DNA from: Candidatus Latescibacter sp.
GTDB lineage: Bacteria; Latescibacterota; Latescibacteria; Latescibacterales; Latescibacteraceae
Reading direction: 5' to 3'
NCBI GenBank assembly: GCA_030692375.1
Contig: JAUYCD010000248.1
Coordinates: forward strand, 1-19,405
Length of the DNA stretch: 19,405 nt
Position numbers and translations under genes: made by a program. Below the pieces are notes generated by a model. The model did no database searches. It had not been told where the DNA came from and was given only the letters and a program-made list of their open reading frames with translations. Positions 8,564-17,110 of the stretch are shown one piece after another. Numbering within the stretch: position 1 is the stretch's first letter; every line of letters starts with the position of its first letter.

Positions 8564-9976
8564 TTACAGCGGCCGCTCTTCCTTCGGAATCTCCACCACC
8601 AGGAGCGACGGATGGCCGAATGAGTTCCCCTTGCCGCTGAATTCCCCGTTCATTGCGCACACGAGGAACGAGCCGTCCTTCGAGATGTTCATCCCATACA
8701 CTTCGCCCATGAAATAGCCGTACTTGTCGAAAAAGTAATCCTGAAGCCAGCAGAGCGCTTTGCGTTTGCCGGTTTTCACATCGAGCTGCACGATGGGAGC
8801 GTCGCCCTTCGGGTAGTAGTAAACATAGCGGCCGGTCTGGTCAATGGCCATCTGGAGGGTATCGCGGCCCTTGTCCCAGGTGGCGCCGAAAGGCTCGACC
8901 TGCGGTCCTTTCGGTCCTTCGGGCTTGAACTTGAACAGCGCGCCGTTCCAGGTCGCCCAATAGAACCAGCCGTCCATGGCCGGGCGCTCGGTGTGCCCGC
9001 GGGTAAGGCCGACATCTTTCGTGAACGGATTCACCGGCGGGGAAACCTCGTACCGCACGAATTTGTTGAATTCCGGGTCGAAACTCAAGAGGCGCGCCGC
9101 CTTGTCGTTCTTGTCAACGCTCCAGAATTTGCCGGTCTCCGCATCGAGGAGCATTGAGCGCTCCCACCAGTTCCAGCCTTTGGGCGGGCAGCCGGCGTAC
9201 CGCACCTTCTTCTCGATGGTGTCCCAAGAGAGCACTGTCTCGAAGGAGCCGGTACCGACCAGGCGGCCCCGTCTGGTGTCCACATTGAAGCAGGGAAGAT
9301 TGGAGGGGATCATGGGATTGCCCCAGTTTTTCGCCTCGTGGGAGTAAATATTGTAGCTGAGGAGCCAGCTCCCCCTGAACCCGTTTGCATACCATGAGGA
9401 ATCGGGGATTGCGCCGTAATGGGTGGTCGCCCAGAGAGTGCCGTCGGGCATGATCCCCATCTCGCCGTGAATCTTGCCGTCGGTGTAGGATTTGTCCGTC
9501 CAGCCGAGGAGTTTCGAGACATCCACCACACGGTACAAGAGATTGCGGGCGGGGCTGTACTCGTAGATATTGAGCTGGCAGCCCATGCCCTTGTGGTCGC
9601 CCACGGAGAAGTAGAAGCGGTTGTCCTCGCTCCGGGTAACATACCCCCAGTTAGCCCAGCCCGCCATATACTGCATGCCTTCATCGGTAAAGTATTCGGG
9701 GGTCATGTTCGGCAGGATGCGGAGCTTGGCGGTCGGGGGAACCTTCGCCACGATGAAATCCCCAACCAGCTTTTCTTTGGGTGCATTAGGCGCGACGAGG
9801 AATTTCTCCGAGGTATCCACCACGAAATCGGTTTTCTCGCGGAGTTTCATCTTATCGAACTGTGCATTCAACTCGATACGTTTCTGCTCCTTCGCGGCGC
9901 GCTGTTGTGCGGGAAGAGCGGTGACGGTGAAACAGGCGAGAACGGTGAGGATGATGCAGGTACGGATTCTGGTCAT
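8564..9976 (-). CDS. Secreted hypothetical protein, tandem paralog A (470 aa)
   Basis: Signal peptide MTRIRTCIILTVLACFTVTALPAQQ. A Shine-Dalgarno GGAAAGGAG lies upstream. About 82% amino-acid identity to the adjacent ORF 10022-11437. Rich in W, Y and G, suggesting a beta-propeller-like fold. No recognizable catalytic motif. Confidence 0.8.
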   Translation of the reverse strand: MTRIRTCIILTVLACFTVTALPAQQRAAKEQKRIELNAQFDKMKLREKTDFVVDTSEKFLVAPNAPKEKLVGDFIVAKVPPTAKLRILPNMTPEYFTDEGMQYMAGWANWGYVTRSEDNRFYFSVGDHKGMGCQLNIYEYSPARNLLYRVVDVSKLLGWTDKSYTDGKIHGEMGIMPDGTLWATTHYGAIPDSSWYANGFRGSWLLSYNIYSHEAKNWGNPMIPSNLPCFNVDTRRGRLVGTGSFETVLSWDTIEKKVRYAGCPPKGWNWWERSMLLDAETGKFWSVDKNDKAARLLSFDPEFNKFVRYEVSPPVNPFTKDVGLTRGHTERPAMDGWFYWATWNGALFKFKPEGPKGPQVEPFGATWDKGRDTLQMAIDQTGRYVYYYPKGDAPIVQLDVKTGKRKALCWLQDYFFDKYGYFMGEVYGMNISKDGSFLVCAMNGEFSGKGNSFGHPSLLVVEIPKEERPL

Positions 9977-10021
9977 GGTAGTTCTCCTTTCCTTGGATTG
10001 GATTTTTCATCAGAATTTCAG

Positions 10022-11437
10022 TTAATCTATCGGCCGCTCCTCTTTCGGTATCTCCACTACCAGAAGCGCCGGATGGCCGAACGCATCCCCCTTTCCAGAG
10101 AATTCCCCGTTCATGGCGCACACGAGGAATGAACCGTCTTTGGAAATATTCATACCATATACCTGGTCCATGAAATAGCCATATTTGTCGAAAAAGTAAT
10201 CCTGCAGCCAGCAGAGCGCCTTGCGTTTGCCGGTTTTCACATCGAGTTGCACAATGGGGGCGTCACCTTTCGGGTAGTAATAAATATAGCGTCCGGTTTG
10301 GTCCATGGCCATCTGGAGGGTTACACGACCTTTGTCCCATGTGGTGCCGAATGGAACGACCTGTGGACCTTTGGGACCTTCCGGTTTGAATTTAAACATC
10401 GCGCCGTTCCCGGTCGTCCAATAGTACCACCCGTCCATTGCCGGGCGCTCTGTTGCGCGGCTTGTTATTGAAACCTCCTTTGTGAAAGGATTCGCCGATG
10501 GGGAAATTTCATAGCGCATGAATTTATTGAACTCTGGATCAAAACTCATTATGCGGAACTGTTTGTCATTATTGTCCACGTTCCAGAATTTGCCTGTTTC
10601 CTCATCAAGAAGCATGATGCGCTGTGCCCAGACCCAACCTTTTGGCGGGCTGCCGGCGTACCGAACCTTTTTTTCGATGGTATCCCAGCAGAGTACAGTC
10701 TCGAAGGAGCCGGTAGCTAAAAGTCTTCCACGTTTCGTGTCAACTTTGAAATACGGGAGGTTCGATGGGATCATGGGATTACCCAAATTTTTAGCCTCGT
10801 GAGAATAAATATTGTAGCTGAGGAGCCAGCTTCCCCTGAAACCGTTGGCGTACCAGGAAGAATCGGGGATGGCGCCATAATGAGTAGTTGCCCAGAGAGT
10901 GCCGTCGGGCATGATCCCCATCTCACCGTGAATCTTGCCGTCGGTATAGGTCTTGTCCTTCCAGCCCAGGAGTTTAGTGACATCCACCACAGAGTGCAGC
11001 AGGTTGCGGGCAGAGCTGTACTCATAGATATTAAGCTGGCAACCCATACCTCTATGGTCGCCAACCGAGAAAAAGAATCGGCTGTCCTCGCTCCGGATAA
11101 CATGCCCCCAGTTAGCCCAACCCGCCATATATTGAGCTCCTTCTTCAGTGATGTATTCAGGGATCATGTTCGGCAGGATGCGAAGTTTCGCAATGGGAGG
11201 AACCTTCGCCACAACGAAATCTCCGACCAGCTTTTCTTTTGGCGAACTGGGGGCCAAGAGGAATTTCTCCGAGGTATCCATCACAAAATCGGTTTTTTCG
11301 CGGAGTTTCATCTTGTCGAACTGGGCGTTCAGTTCCATACGCTTCTTCTCCCTTTCGGCCTTCGTCTGGGCGGGAAGAGAAGAAACGGTGAAACAAGAGA
11401 GAACAATCAGGATGATGCATGTACGGATTCCGGTCAT
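10022..11437 (-). CDS. Secreted hypothetical protein, tandem paralog B (471 aa), a lower-GC copy
   Basis: Signal peptide MTGIRTCIILIVLSCFTVSSLPAQT. Colinear with paralog A over its full length. Its sampled local GC is clearly lower than that of paralog A. Confidence 0.8.
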   Translation of the reverse strand: MTGIRTCIILIVLSCFTVSSLPAQTKAEREKKRMELNAQFDKMKLREKTDFVMDTSEKFLLAPSSPKEKLVGDFVVAKVPPIAKLRILPNMIPEYITEEGAQYMAGWANWGHVIRSEDSRFFFSVGDHRGMGCQLNIYEYSSARNLLHSVVDVTKLLGWKDKTYTDGKIHGEMGIMPDGTLWATTHYGAIPDSSWYANGFRGSWLLSYNIYSHEAKNLGNPMIPSNLPYFKVDTKRGRLLATGSFETVLCWDTIEKKVRYAGSPPKGWVWAQRIMLLDEETGKFWNVDNNDKQFRIMSFDPEFNKFMRYEISPSANPFTKEVSITSRATERPAMDGWYYWTTGNGAMFKFKPEGPKGPQVVPFGTTWDKGRVTLQMAMDQTGRYIYYYPKGDAPIVQLDVKTGKRKALCWLQDYFFDKYGYFMDQVYGMNISKDGSFLVCAMNGEFSGKGDAFGHPALLVVEIPKEERPID

Positions 11438-11524
11438 TGAAGTTCCTTCTTGAAAATTCGATGTTGAAAATATCCCCGGAGTTTATATACCCTTCATGGC
11501 TATAAAAAACTTATGTCATCAACG

Positions 11525-13249
11525 CTATCTTAAGAGAGTCATCTTCATGGTATTGGAAATGTCTCCCGATTTGATCGTGTAGAAATATACTCCTGCTGAA
11601 AACTTTGAGGCATTCCAAGTCGCGGAGTGAACACCTGCATTCAAGGTAGTGTTCACCAGTGTTGAGACTTTCTGTCCGGCAGAATTATATATTTCTAGGG
11701 TAGTTTTTGCCGTTTTAGGCAATGTGAAATTAATTGTGGTGCTCGGGTTGAAGGGATTCGGGGTGTTTTGGGACACCACAAAAGCAGAAGGAGAAACCTC
11801 CTCTACTCCCACATCTGTAGCAATTACACCACTTATGGAATCATGCTCCATATACCAAATGCCGTTTTGCATGGTAGTATCGTTTGATGACATATTGTCA
11901 CAATAAATACCATCATACGCGCAACCGGTATCAACAAAAAATAGACCGCGTTTTGTTCTCGCGGTTTCACCGGCAAAAGCGAAATAATTAATTCCTGTGC
12001 CGTCAGGTCCCATAAGTGCAAAAGAGACAGCTCCTAAATCGTAAGATGGCGTAATACTGAACATATTTGCATCTATAGAATAAGAATAGCAGTAGGGCCC
12101 GGTATTGAAATCAAAACATACCCATGGTTTTTGTGAAGTTGGTTGCCAGTTAGTATCGTTCACATAGTCACCATTCTGGTTTACCCAGACAAAAAGGTCT
12201 GATTTATTTTCCACTGAGGGATTGATCATGGATTTTAAGCAAGAACCCGAGTGGTTCAGAAACAAGTAGCCATTTCTCTCATGAATCATTGTTGGGCCTC
12301 CAGCGCTCTGGCCACCGGCTTTATAATCATCCGGATGATACAACCATTCTGTAAGATCGAAGGTTGTCTGGATACTGCCGTCAAAGTCGATTTTATACAG
12401 TTTGTTACTGATTCCATCTTGATACTGGCCGTAATAGCCGGCATATATATAATTTCCGTCAGAAGTTGGTCCAGATCCCTGATAAATCGGCTGATTCCAT
12501 GTTACCACTCCGTTGTCTCCAAAAGAAACTTCCAGAATAGAATTACCTTGGGGGACCCACTGATACTTATAAAGCCCTTCGATTTTTGAACTTGAATTAT
12601 CGGCTTCTGCATAAAAGTATTTAGTATCGCCCGGGTGGCAATAGGTTCTGTATTTCAGCGTCCAACCGGTAGGAAGAGTAAATTTTGTAGTTTCATAAAG
12701 CGTGAGGTCTTCTGTACTGTTACCGATGGTCCATCGAGAGGTTACATTGTGAATCATTGGTTTATCAAGCGCCTTCCCGCCCGGACCTTTGGTCACTATA
12801 TTCGTATCAGAGTATGGATACCATGTCCCATTTGCCACACGGGTTTTAGGGTTCTTATTGTCGTATCCCCATAGATAGTAGGTATATTCGCCCGCACCAA
12901 GTAAACCCCCGCCCTTCTCTCTACCACTCCAGTTGATAACGCTTTTCCCCACAGGCAAGGTGACAGCAGAAGAAAAATACATGCAGGTGTCAACCTTATT
13001 TACATAATGCCAACCAAGGAATCCGTTGCGGGTTTTAGTAATAAGGTTGGCCTTATCTTTCGTATACACAAAGAATATTACTCCGGCCATGGTCCCAGAA
13101 ACAGTAACAGGAATCTCAAGGTTCTTACCATCAAAATTATACCGGATTTTAGAGGGAGCGTTAAGCTTGAGTAATGTAGGTTGAAAATTAGCTGCTATAC
13201 TGTTAGAAGCGATAAATACGAACAATAAGGCAGAAATGATCGTTTTCAT
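11525..13249 (-). CDS. T9SS (Por secretion) C-terminal sorting-domain cargo protein, 574 aa, function unknown
   Basis: N-terminal signal MKTIISALLFVFIASNSIAANF. The C-terminal ~80 aa (QNTPNPFNPSTTINFTLPKTAKTTLEIYNSAGQKVSTLVNTTLNAGVHSATWNASKFSAGVYFYTIKSGDISNTMKMTLLR) match the type-A T9SS sorting domain consensus. Sampled 60-nt windows give about 45-48% GC, against about 57-65% in flanking genes. Confidence 0.85.
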   Translation of the reverse strand: MKTIISALLFVFIASNSIAANFQPTLLKLNAPSKIRYNFDGKNLEIPVTVSGTMAGVIFFVYTKDKANLITKTRNGFLGWHYVNKVDTCMYFSSAVTLPVGKSVINWSGREKGGGLLGAGEYTYYLWGYDNKNPKTRVANGTWYPYSDTNIVTKGPGGKALDKPMIHNVTSRWTIGNSTEDLTLYETTKFTLPTGWTLKYRTYCHPGDTKYFYAEADNSSSKIEGLYKYQWVPQGNSILEVSFGDNGVVTWNQPIYQGSGPTSDGNYIYAGYYGQYQDGISNKLYKIDFDGSIQTTFDLTEWLYHPDDYKAGGQSAGGPTMIHERNGYLFLNHSGSCLKSMINPSVENKSDLFVWVNQNGDYVNDTNWQPTSQKPWVCFDFNTGPYCYSYSIDANMFSITPSYDLGAVSFALMGPDGTGINYFAFAGETARTKRGLFFVDTGCAYDGIYCDNMSSNDTTMQNGIWYMEHDSISGVIATDVGVEEVSPSAFVVSQNTPNPFNPSTTINFTLPKTAKTTLEIYNSAGQKVSTLVNTTLNAGVHSATWNASKFSAGVYFYTIKSGDISNTMKMTLLR

Positions 13250-13365
13250 AGTAACCTTCTTCCCTTATTTATCAGAGTGTGTTATAAATTAAATCGATAC
13301 ATCTTTGTTGCATAAAGATAACCCATTGAATCACCTCCTAAAAATATGTATAGAATTTTACAAAA

Positions 13366-15519
13366 TCAAAACAGATCCTTCAGCGGTACATCGATGCGAT
13401 AGACCTCGAAACAGGAGGGTTTGCCCTTTGCTCCCAGCTTGTTGACTGCCCGGACACGAAGCGTGCTTTTCCCTGATGCAAGCGCCCAGGTCCAGCGGTC
13501 TCCTTCGATTTTTTTCCAACCATTATCATTCTCATCCATCTCGAAATGACTGAAATTCGGAGTATATGTCTCGAACCGCAGATACAGGTACTTGTTGCTG
13601 TGGGCAGTTGTGGCATCCACATGCACGAGATTGAGATCTGGCGCGATATCGCGGGGGCGGTCCGTATACCACGTGTACTGACGCATGGGAGGCGTACGGT
13701 CATCATAGTAACATATGTAACCATTCCAAGGCCACGAGGTGGCACCGTGCGTAAGCGGGAGGGGAAAAGGTTTTTCATAAAAATTGTTGCGCGGAACCGC
13801 GCGCATGTAAATAGAGAGCGTGAGACCCTCATACCATCCCCACTCAGGCTGGTGCCAGGTCGTCGAACTGCGGGACTCCGGCGGTTTCTTGTCCAGGGCC
13901 CTGATCCTTTCCTTCTGGTGTTCAAAACTGGTCAACTCGTTCATCCAGTCGATAGGTTTATCCGGATGAAGATATTCCTTGTTCATGTTGTGAAGTTCAA
14001 GCAGGCTCATTGGTATGAGCGTTTCATCGCTTACATCATTGTGATTCCCATAGCTTGACTCCATGTAGACCCACTTGCCAAAATCGTCGCTCCATAATTC
14101 AGCCATCTCGTGATTCATCCCGTTAATCAGCCGCCCCTGGATGCCATATGCCATGCACAGGCCCATCAGGAGATTGTTGAACTGTATGCACATGCCAACC
14201 GAACCGTGCTTGTCAATCCTGTCGAGAATGGAGAGTGCGTCCCACCCGGGATAGCCGGGCATCGGAGTCCCGTATTTGCGGGTAGTGCGGGTAGCGGCGT
14301 ATTCCCGCAGTTTCACGATCTTCTCGAACTCGGTCTTGCTTCCCGCGACGACATCGTCGAGATTCTCGCGGGCACGAACCTCCTTGAACTCTGGACGGTC
14401 CCAAGGCTCCCATTCCCACGCGACGGATGAATACTTGATATCCGGATTCTCGCACCTGGCCACCTTGATGCTGGTGTGCTGCGGCATGCCCTCTAGAAGC
14501 TCGGCAGTAAGATGCGCCGATTTCACCACGGGAGATTTGAGCGGATTCGTTGTTGACAGCACCGCCCTGAGTTGAACGTACCGTCCGTCCATGACCCGGT
14601 CATCCATCTCAATGTCGACGGTAGAGCCGGTCCCGATCAGTTCGTACTGGCTCCAGTCACTGGAAAACGGCCCCGGATTTGTTCCTTTGCGAAGATAATA
14701 CTCGACTGATGTTCCCTCTGGCACCTCAGACTGAACAGTGAGTTTCAGCTTTTTGAATATGCGTACCGGGACGATAAAGTCTTTCGCATCACCTCTCCAG
14801 AGGTCGATCACAGGGCTTTCCAGCCAGCCTGTTTTTACGTAGCGGTCGAGGCTTATCCGCGCTGTGTATTCGGCGAGAGTTTTCCCGAGGGGACCGAAAG
14901 GACTCTCCTTCCACGTCTCGCCGCCATCGGTGGACTTGAAAGAGGTTTTGCCAACTTCCTTTGGATCTCCGCCGCCATGCTCGAACTCATCGGCGCGTGC
15001 GAGGAATAATCTCCAACCCTCATCTTTGGAAGCGGCTTCAGGGCAATAAAACTCGATAACATTCCTGCCTTTTTTCAGCCACGCGGGAGGAAATTCCGTC
15101 CACCGGAACGAATTGTGAACCTTTTTGGGGTCCCATTTATCGACCTTGGCGTTATTACCGTTGACACTGAATCCGAGGGGATACTTTCCCTGGCCATACC
15201 AGGCGACAAGATAAGCCTTTTCTGCCCTTGGATCGTCGAGAACGAGCAATTTGCGGGACCTGTTTTTCCCCCAGATACTATCCATCCAGTCGCCTTTTTC
15301 ACTGTCTCCCGCGCCGGGGGAATCGTTTTCGATGAGATCCATGTTGAACAGGTACACCCCACCCTGCGGATTTTTCATAAGCATGTGCATGAAACCGTTG
15401 TCATAGAGCATCTGGGCGTCGCCGCCCCATTTCGTGGTTACCGGATCTCCCCGGGCAGCAAAAGATATTCCCAATATGGCAACAAGAAAACCAGACAGAA
15501 TCAGCGACCTCTTTTCCAT
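13366..15519 (-). CDS. Secreted transglutaminase-like (Cys-His-Asp papain-like) domain protein, 717 aa
   Basis: ATG at 15519, 5 nt after AGGAGG. Signal MEKRSLILSGFLVAILGISFAARG. The core HGSVGMCIQFNNLLMGLCMAYGIQGRLINGMNHEMAELWSDDFGKWVYMESS fits the transglutaminase-like motif G-x-C ... R-x-GIP-x-R ... H-x-W-x-E ... D. Confidence 0.7.
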   Translation of the reverse strand: MEKRSLILSGFLVAILGISFAARGDPVTTKWGGDAQMLYDNGFMHMLMKNPQGGVYLFNMDLIENDSPGAGDSEKGDWMDSIWGKNRSRKLLVLDDPRAEKAYLVAWYGQGKYPLGFSVNGNNAKVDKWDPKKVHNSFRWTEFPPAWLKKGRNVIEFYCPEAASKDEGWRLFLARADEFEHGGGDPKEVGKTSFKSTDGGETWKESPFGPLGKTLAEYTARISLDRYVKTGWLESPVIDLWRGDAKDFIVPVRIFKKLKLTVQSEVPEGTSVEYYLRKGTNPGPFSSDWSQYELIGTGSTVDIEMDDRVMDGRYVQLRAVLSTTNPLKSPVVKSAHLTAELLEGMPQHTSIKVARCENPDIKYSSVAWEWEPWDRPEFKEVRARENLDDVVAGSKTEFEKIVKLREYAATRTTRKYGTPMPGYPGWDALSILDRIDKHGSVGMCIQFNNLLMGLCMAYGIQGRLINGMNHEMAELWSDDFGKWVYMESSYGNHNDVSDETLIPMSLLELHNMNKEYLHPDKPIDWMNELTSFEHQKERIRALDKKPPESRSSTTWHQPEWGWYEGLTLSIYMRAVPRNNFYEKPFPLPLTHGATSWPWNGYICYYDDRTPPMRQYTWYTDRPRDIAPDLNLVHVDATTAHSNKYLYLRFETYTPNFSHFEMDENDNGWKKIEGDRWTWALASGKSTLRVRAVNKLGAKGKPSCFEVYRIDVPLKDLF

Positions 15520-15585
15520 TTATTCCTCCTCTTTTTTAAAAATTTAATCTCTATGGGTTGAATTCCCCGCCGCTTGCGGCGTATG

Positions 15586-15628
15586 AAAAGAATAAACCTA
15601 ACAAGATACCCCGCTGCTTGCGGCGGGG
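15586..15628 (-). terminator. Putative intrinsic terminator for ORF 15646-16989. A GC hairpin (15609-15628) is followed on the minus strand by a U-rich tract. A second near-identical hairpin lies at 15568-15581.
   Basis: The minus-strand RNA reads CCCCGCCGcaagCAGCGGGG followed by uaucuuguuagguuuauucuuuu. The second copy reads CGCCGcaagCGGCG. The two copies share 18 of 19 positions and have the same tetraloop. Confidence 0.4.
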
Positions 15629-15645
15629 AGTTTCATAGAATCCTT

Positions 15646-16989
15646 TTAATATCCTCTCTTATCTACAATCGCCCGCACATCCTTGTCGTAAGCGCTTCCT
15701 CCGATCAGGTGACCGCCCATGTCGAAGCCGGGTGTCATGTCTGCCTCGATCATGCGGGCGACAAACTGGGCGTTGGTAATCCAGAGAGCGAGAGCAAACA
15801 GGATGCCCGTGGTGGGGCATATCTTCTTATCGAAACCGGAGACACTGAGCGCACCCTCACGTTCGGGAGAGTACGTCTCTATGTGCCAGTCGGCTATCTT
15901 GGACAGGTCTTTGCCGGTGCTGCCCTCGGTCCGAGCAGGGCCGATGTTGATGACTTTGGCCCCGACTGCCTTGACCGCCAGAGCCATTTCATAGTTTTCC
16001 TTGACATCAGAGTGTTCGCCGGAGATGATGACAAAATGACCGGGCTTCAACCGGTCCTTGTAACTGCCTGGGGAGATACCCTGGCTCATGGGGAGGCCAG
16101 ATGCTCTTTGTTCATTCTCTGCATCCATCTCGCAGCCGTAACTGTAATTCCAGTAGCGGCCGCCGCCCCTGACGTATTCCACCATCGCCTTCGCTGCCTC
16201 GTCGATATGGCCGAGATCGGCAAGAATTTTCTTCCCCCGCTTACAAATGAGATTCACATATTCGAGGGCGCGGTCGGTGGACCCCATCGCCGCACCTCCC
16301 CTGACGCGTGCCGCGATCTCGGCGGTGAGCATCCAATAAAAAATACCGACCCCCTGGACGCATAGGGGGAATGCCCGAACTGAAGGGATCTCAGGGTAGG
16401 ACAGGACGCCGCTGGTGAACGGGACTCCGGAGGTGAGCACGAGGTCCGAACAATCTTCTGTCAAGAGGCCATCGGTGAAAAGTAATTGATTCGTTTGACT
16501 GAGCACACCCTTTGGGGTTGTTTTGTTGGGCACATAGGGAACTCTGACACCAACGGTGAAAGCGCCGCGGTCGTGGGCGTCTTTCACCCGCTTCTTAGTC
16601 CAATCGAACAAAAGAAAATCACCTTTTCCGATGGAAGCATACATCTCGTCAGTGGCGCTCCAACGCCAGGTGTCCAAGTAACCGGGATTGCCGGGACGGT
16701 CCTTACGTAGTTCCGTAGTAAGCATATGACCGAGCATCGCCTGACTGTAAAGCTTTTTGCCGTTTTTGATTGTTTCAGTTGCTTTGTCCGCCGCTTGACC
16801 GATTATTGGAAGCTCGCTGGTTGCCTGGCGCTCCCAGACCTTGGCCGCCCAGTCGAAATATTGCTCACCATAAGGCTTCTGTTTCGGTTGCAACACCTTT
16901 TCCGCATAAGACCCGATTGGCATAGTGTACCCGGTGAATCCCAGAGCCGATCCGGCCATAATTTTTTTGGAGAAAGTTCTCCGTCTCAT
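15646..16989 (-). CDS. Hypothetical protein with an RRR-containing N-terminal (Tat-like) signal and a C-terminal SIS (sugar isomerase)-like region, 447 aa
   Basis: N-terminus MRRRTFSKKIMAGSALGFTGYTMPIGSYA|EK. The C-terminal HFVIISGEHSDVKENYEMALAVKAVGAKVINIGPARTEGS...IADWHI resembles the SIS motif (vIaiSxSGeT...ak..Gakvi.it...S.la..aD). Family assignment is tentative. Confidence 0.7.
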   Translation of the reverse strand: MRRRTFSKKIMAGSALGFTGYTMPIGSYAEKVLQPKQKPYGEQYFDWAAKVWERQATSELPIIGQAADKATETIKNGKKLYSQAMLGHMLTTELRKDRPGNPGYLDTWRWSATDEMYASIGKGDFLLFDWTKKRVKDAHDRGAFTVGVRVPYVPNKTTPKGVLSQTNQLLFTDGLLTEDCSDLVLTSGVPFTSGVLSYPEIPSVRAFPLCVQGVGIFYWMLTAEIAARVRGGAAMGSTDRALEYVNLICKRGKKILADLGHIDEAAKAMVEYVRGGGRYWNYSYGCEMDAENEQRASGLPMSQGISPGSYKDRLKPGHFVIISGEHSDVKENYEMALAVKAVGAKVINIGPARTEGSTGKDLSKIADWHIETYSPEREGALSVSGFDKKICPTTGILFALALWITNAQFVARMIEADMTPGFDMGGHLIGGSAYDKDVRAIVDKRGY

Positions 16990-17058
16990 TCAGAATATCC
17001 TTATTATGCAAGTTGTTCGAGATGGTTCAGCGACGAGAGAATGGAGATTAAAGAAACA

Positions 17059-17087
17059 AAAATATGATAAAAGTGAGGAATGTGCAA
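17059..17087 (-). promoter_or_regulatory. Putative sigma70-like promoter for ORF 15646-16989 (minus strand TTGCAC-17 nt-TATTTT)
   Basis: On the minus strand, aaatcTTGCACattcctcacttttatcaTATTTTtg. The -35 box is at + 17082-17087 and the -10 box at 17059-17064, with an exact 17-nt spacer. Confidence 0.3.
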
Positions 17088-17110
17088 GATTTGTTCTCCC
17101 TAAATAGCGT

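Noticed and set aside
9419-11440. Plus-strand ORFs 9419-10132 (237 aa) and 10799-11440 (213 aa), and 15574-16365 (263 aa)
   Set aside because: They are antisense to the paralog genes and the SIS-like gene, which all have signal peptides. They are near-duplicates of each other only because the sense genes are duplicated. No independent support.
15565-15631. Two direct repeats with a spacer, considered as a mini CRISPR array
   Set aside because: Only two copies. The units are 17-20 nt, far shorter than CRISPR repeats. There are no cas genes. They are better explained as terminator or attenuator hairpins.
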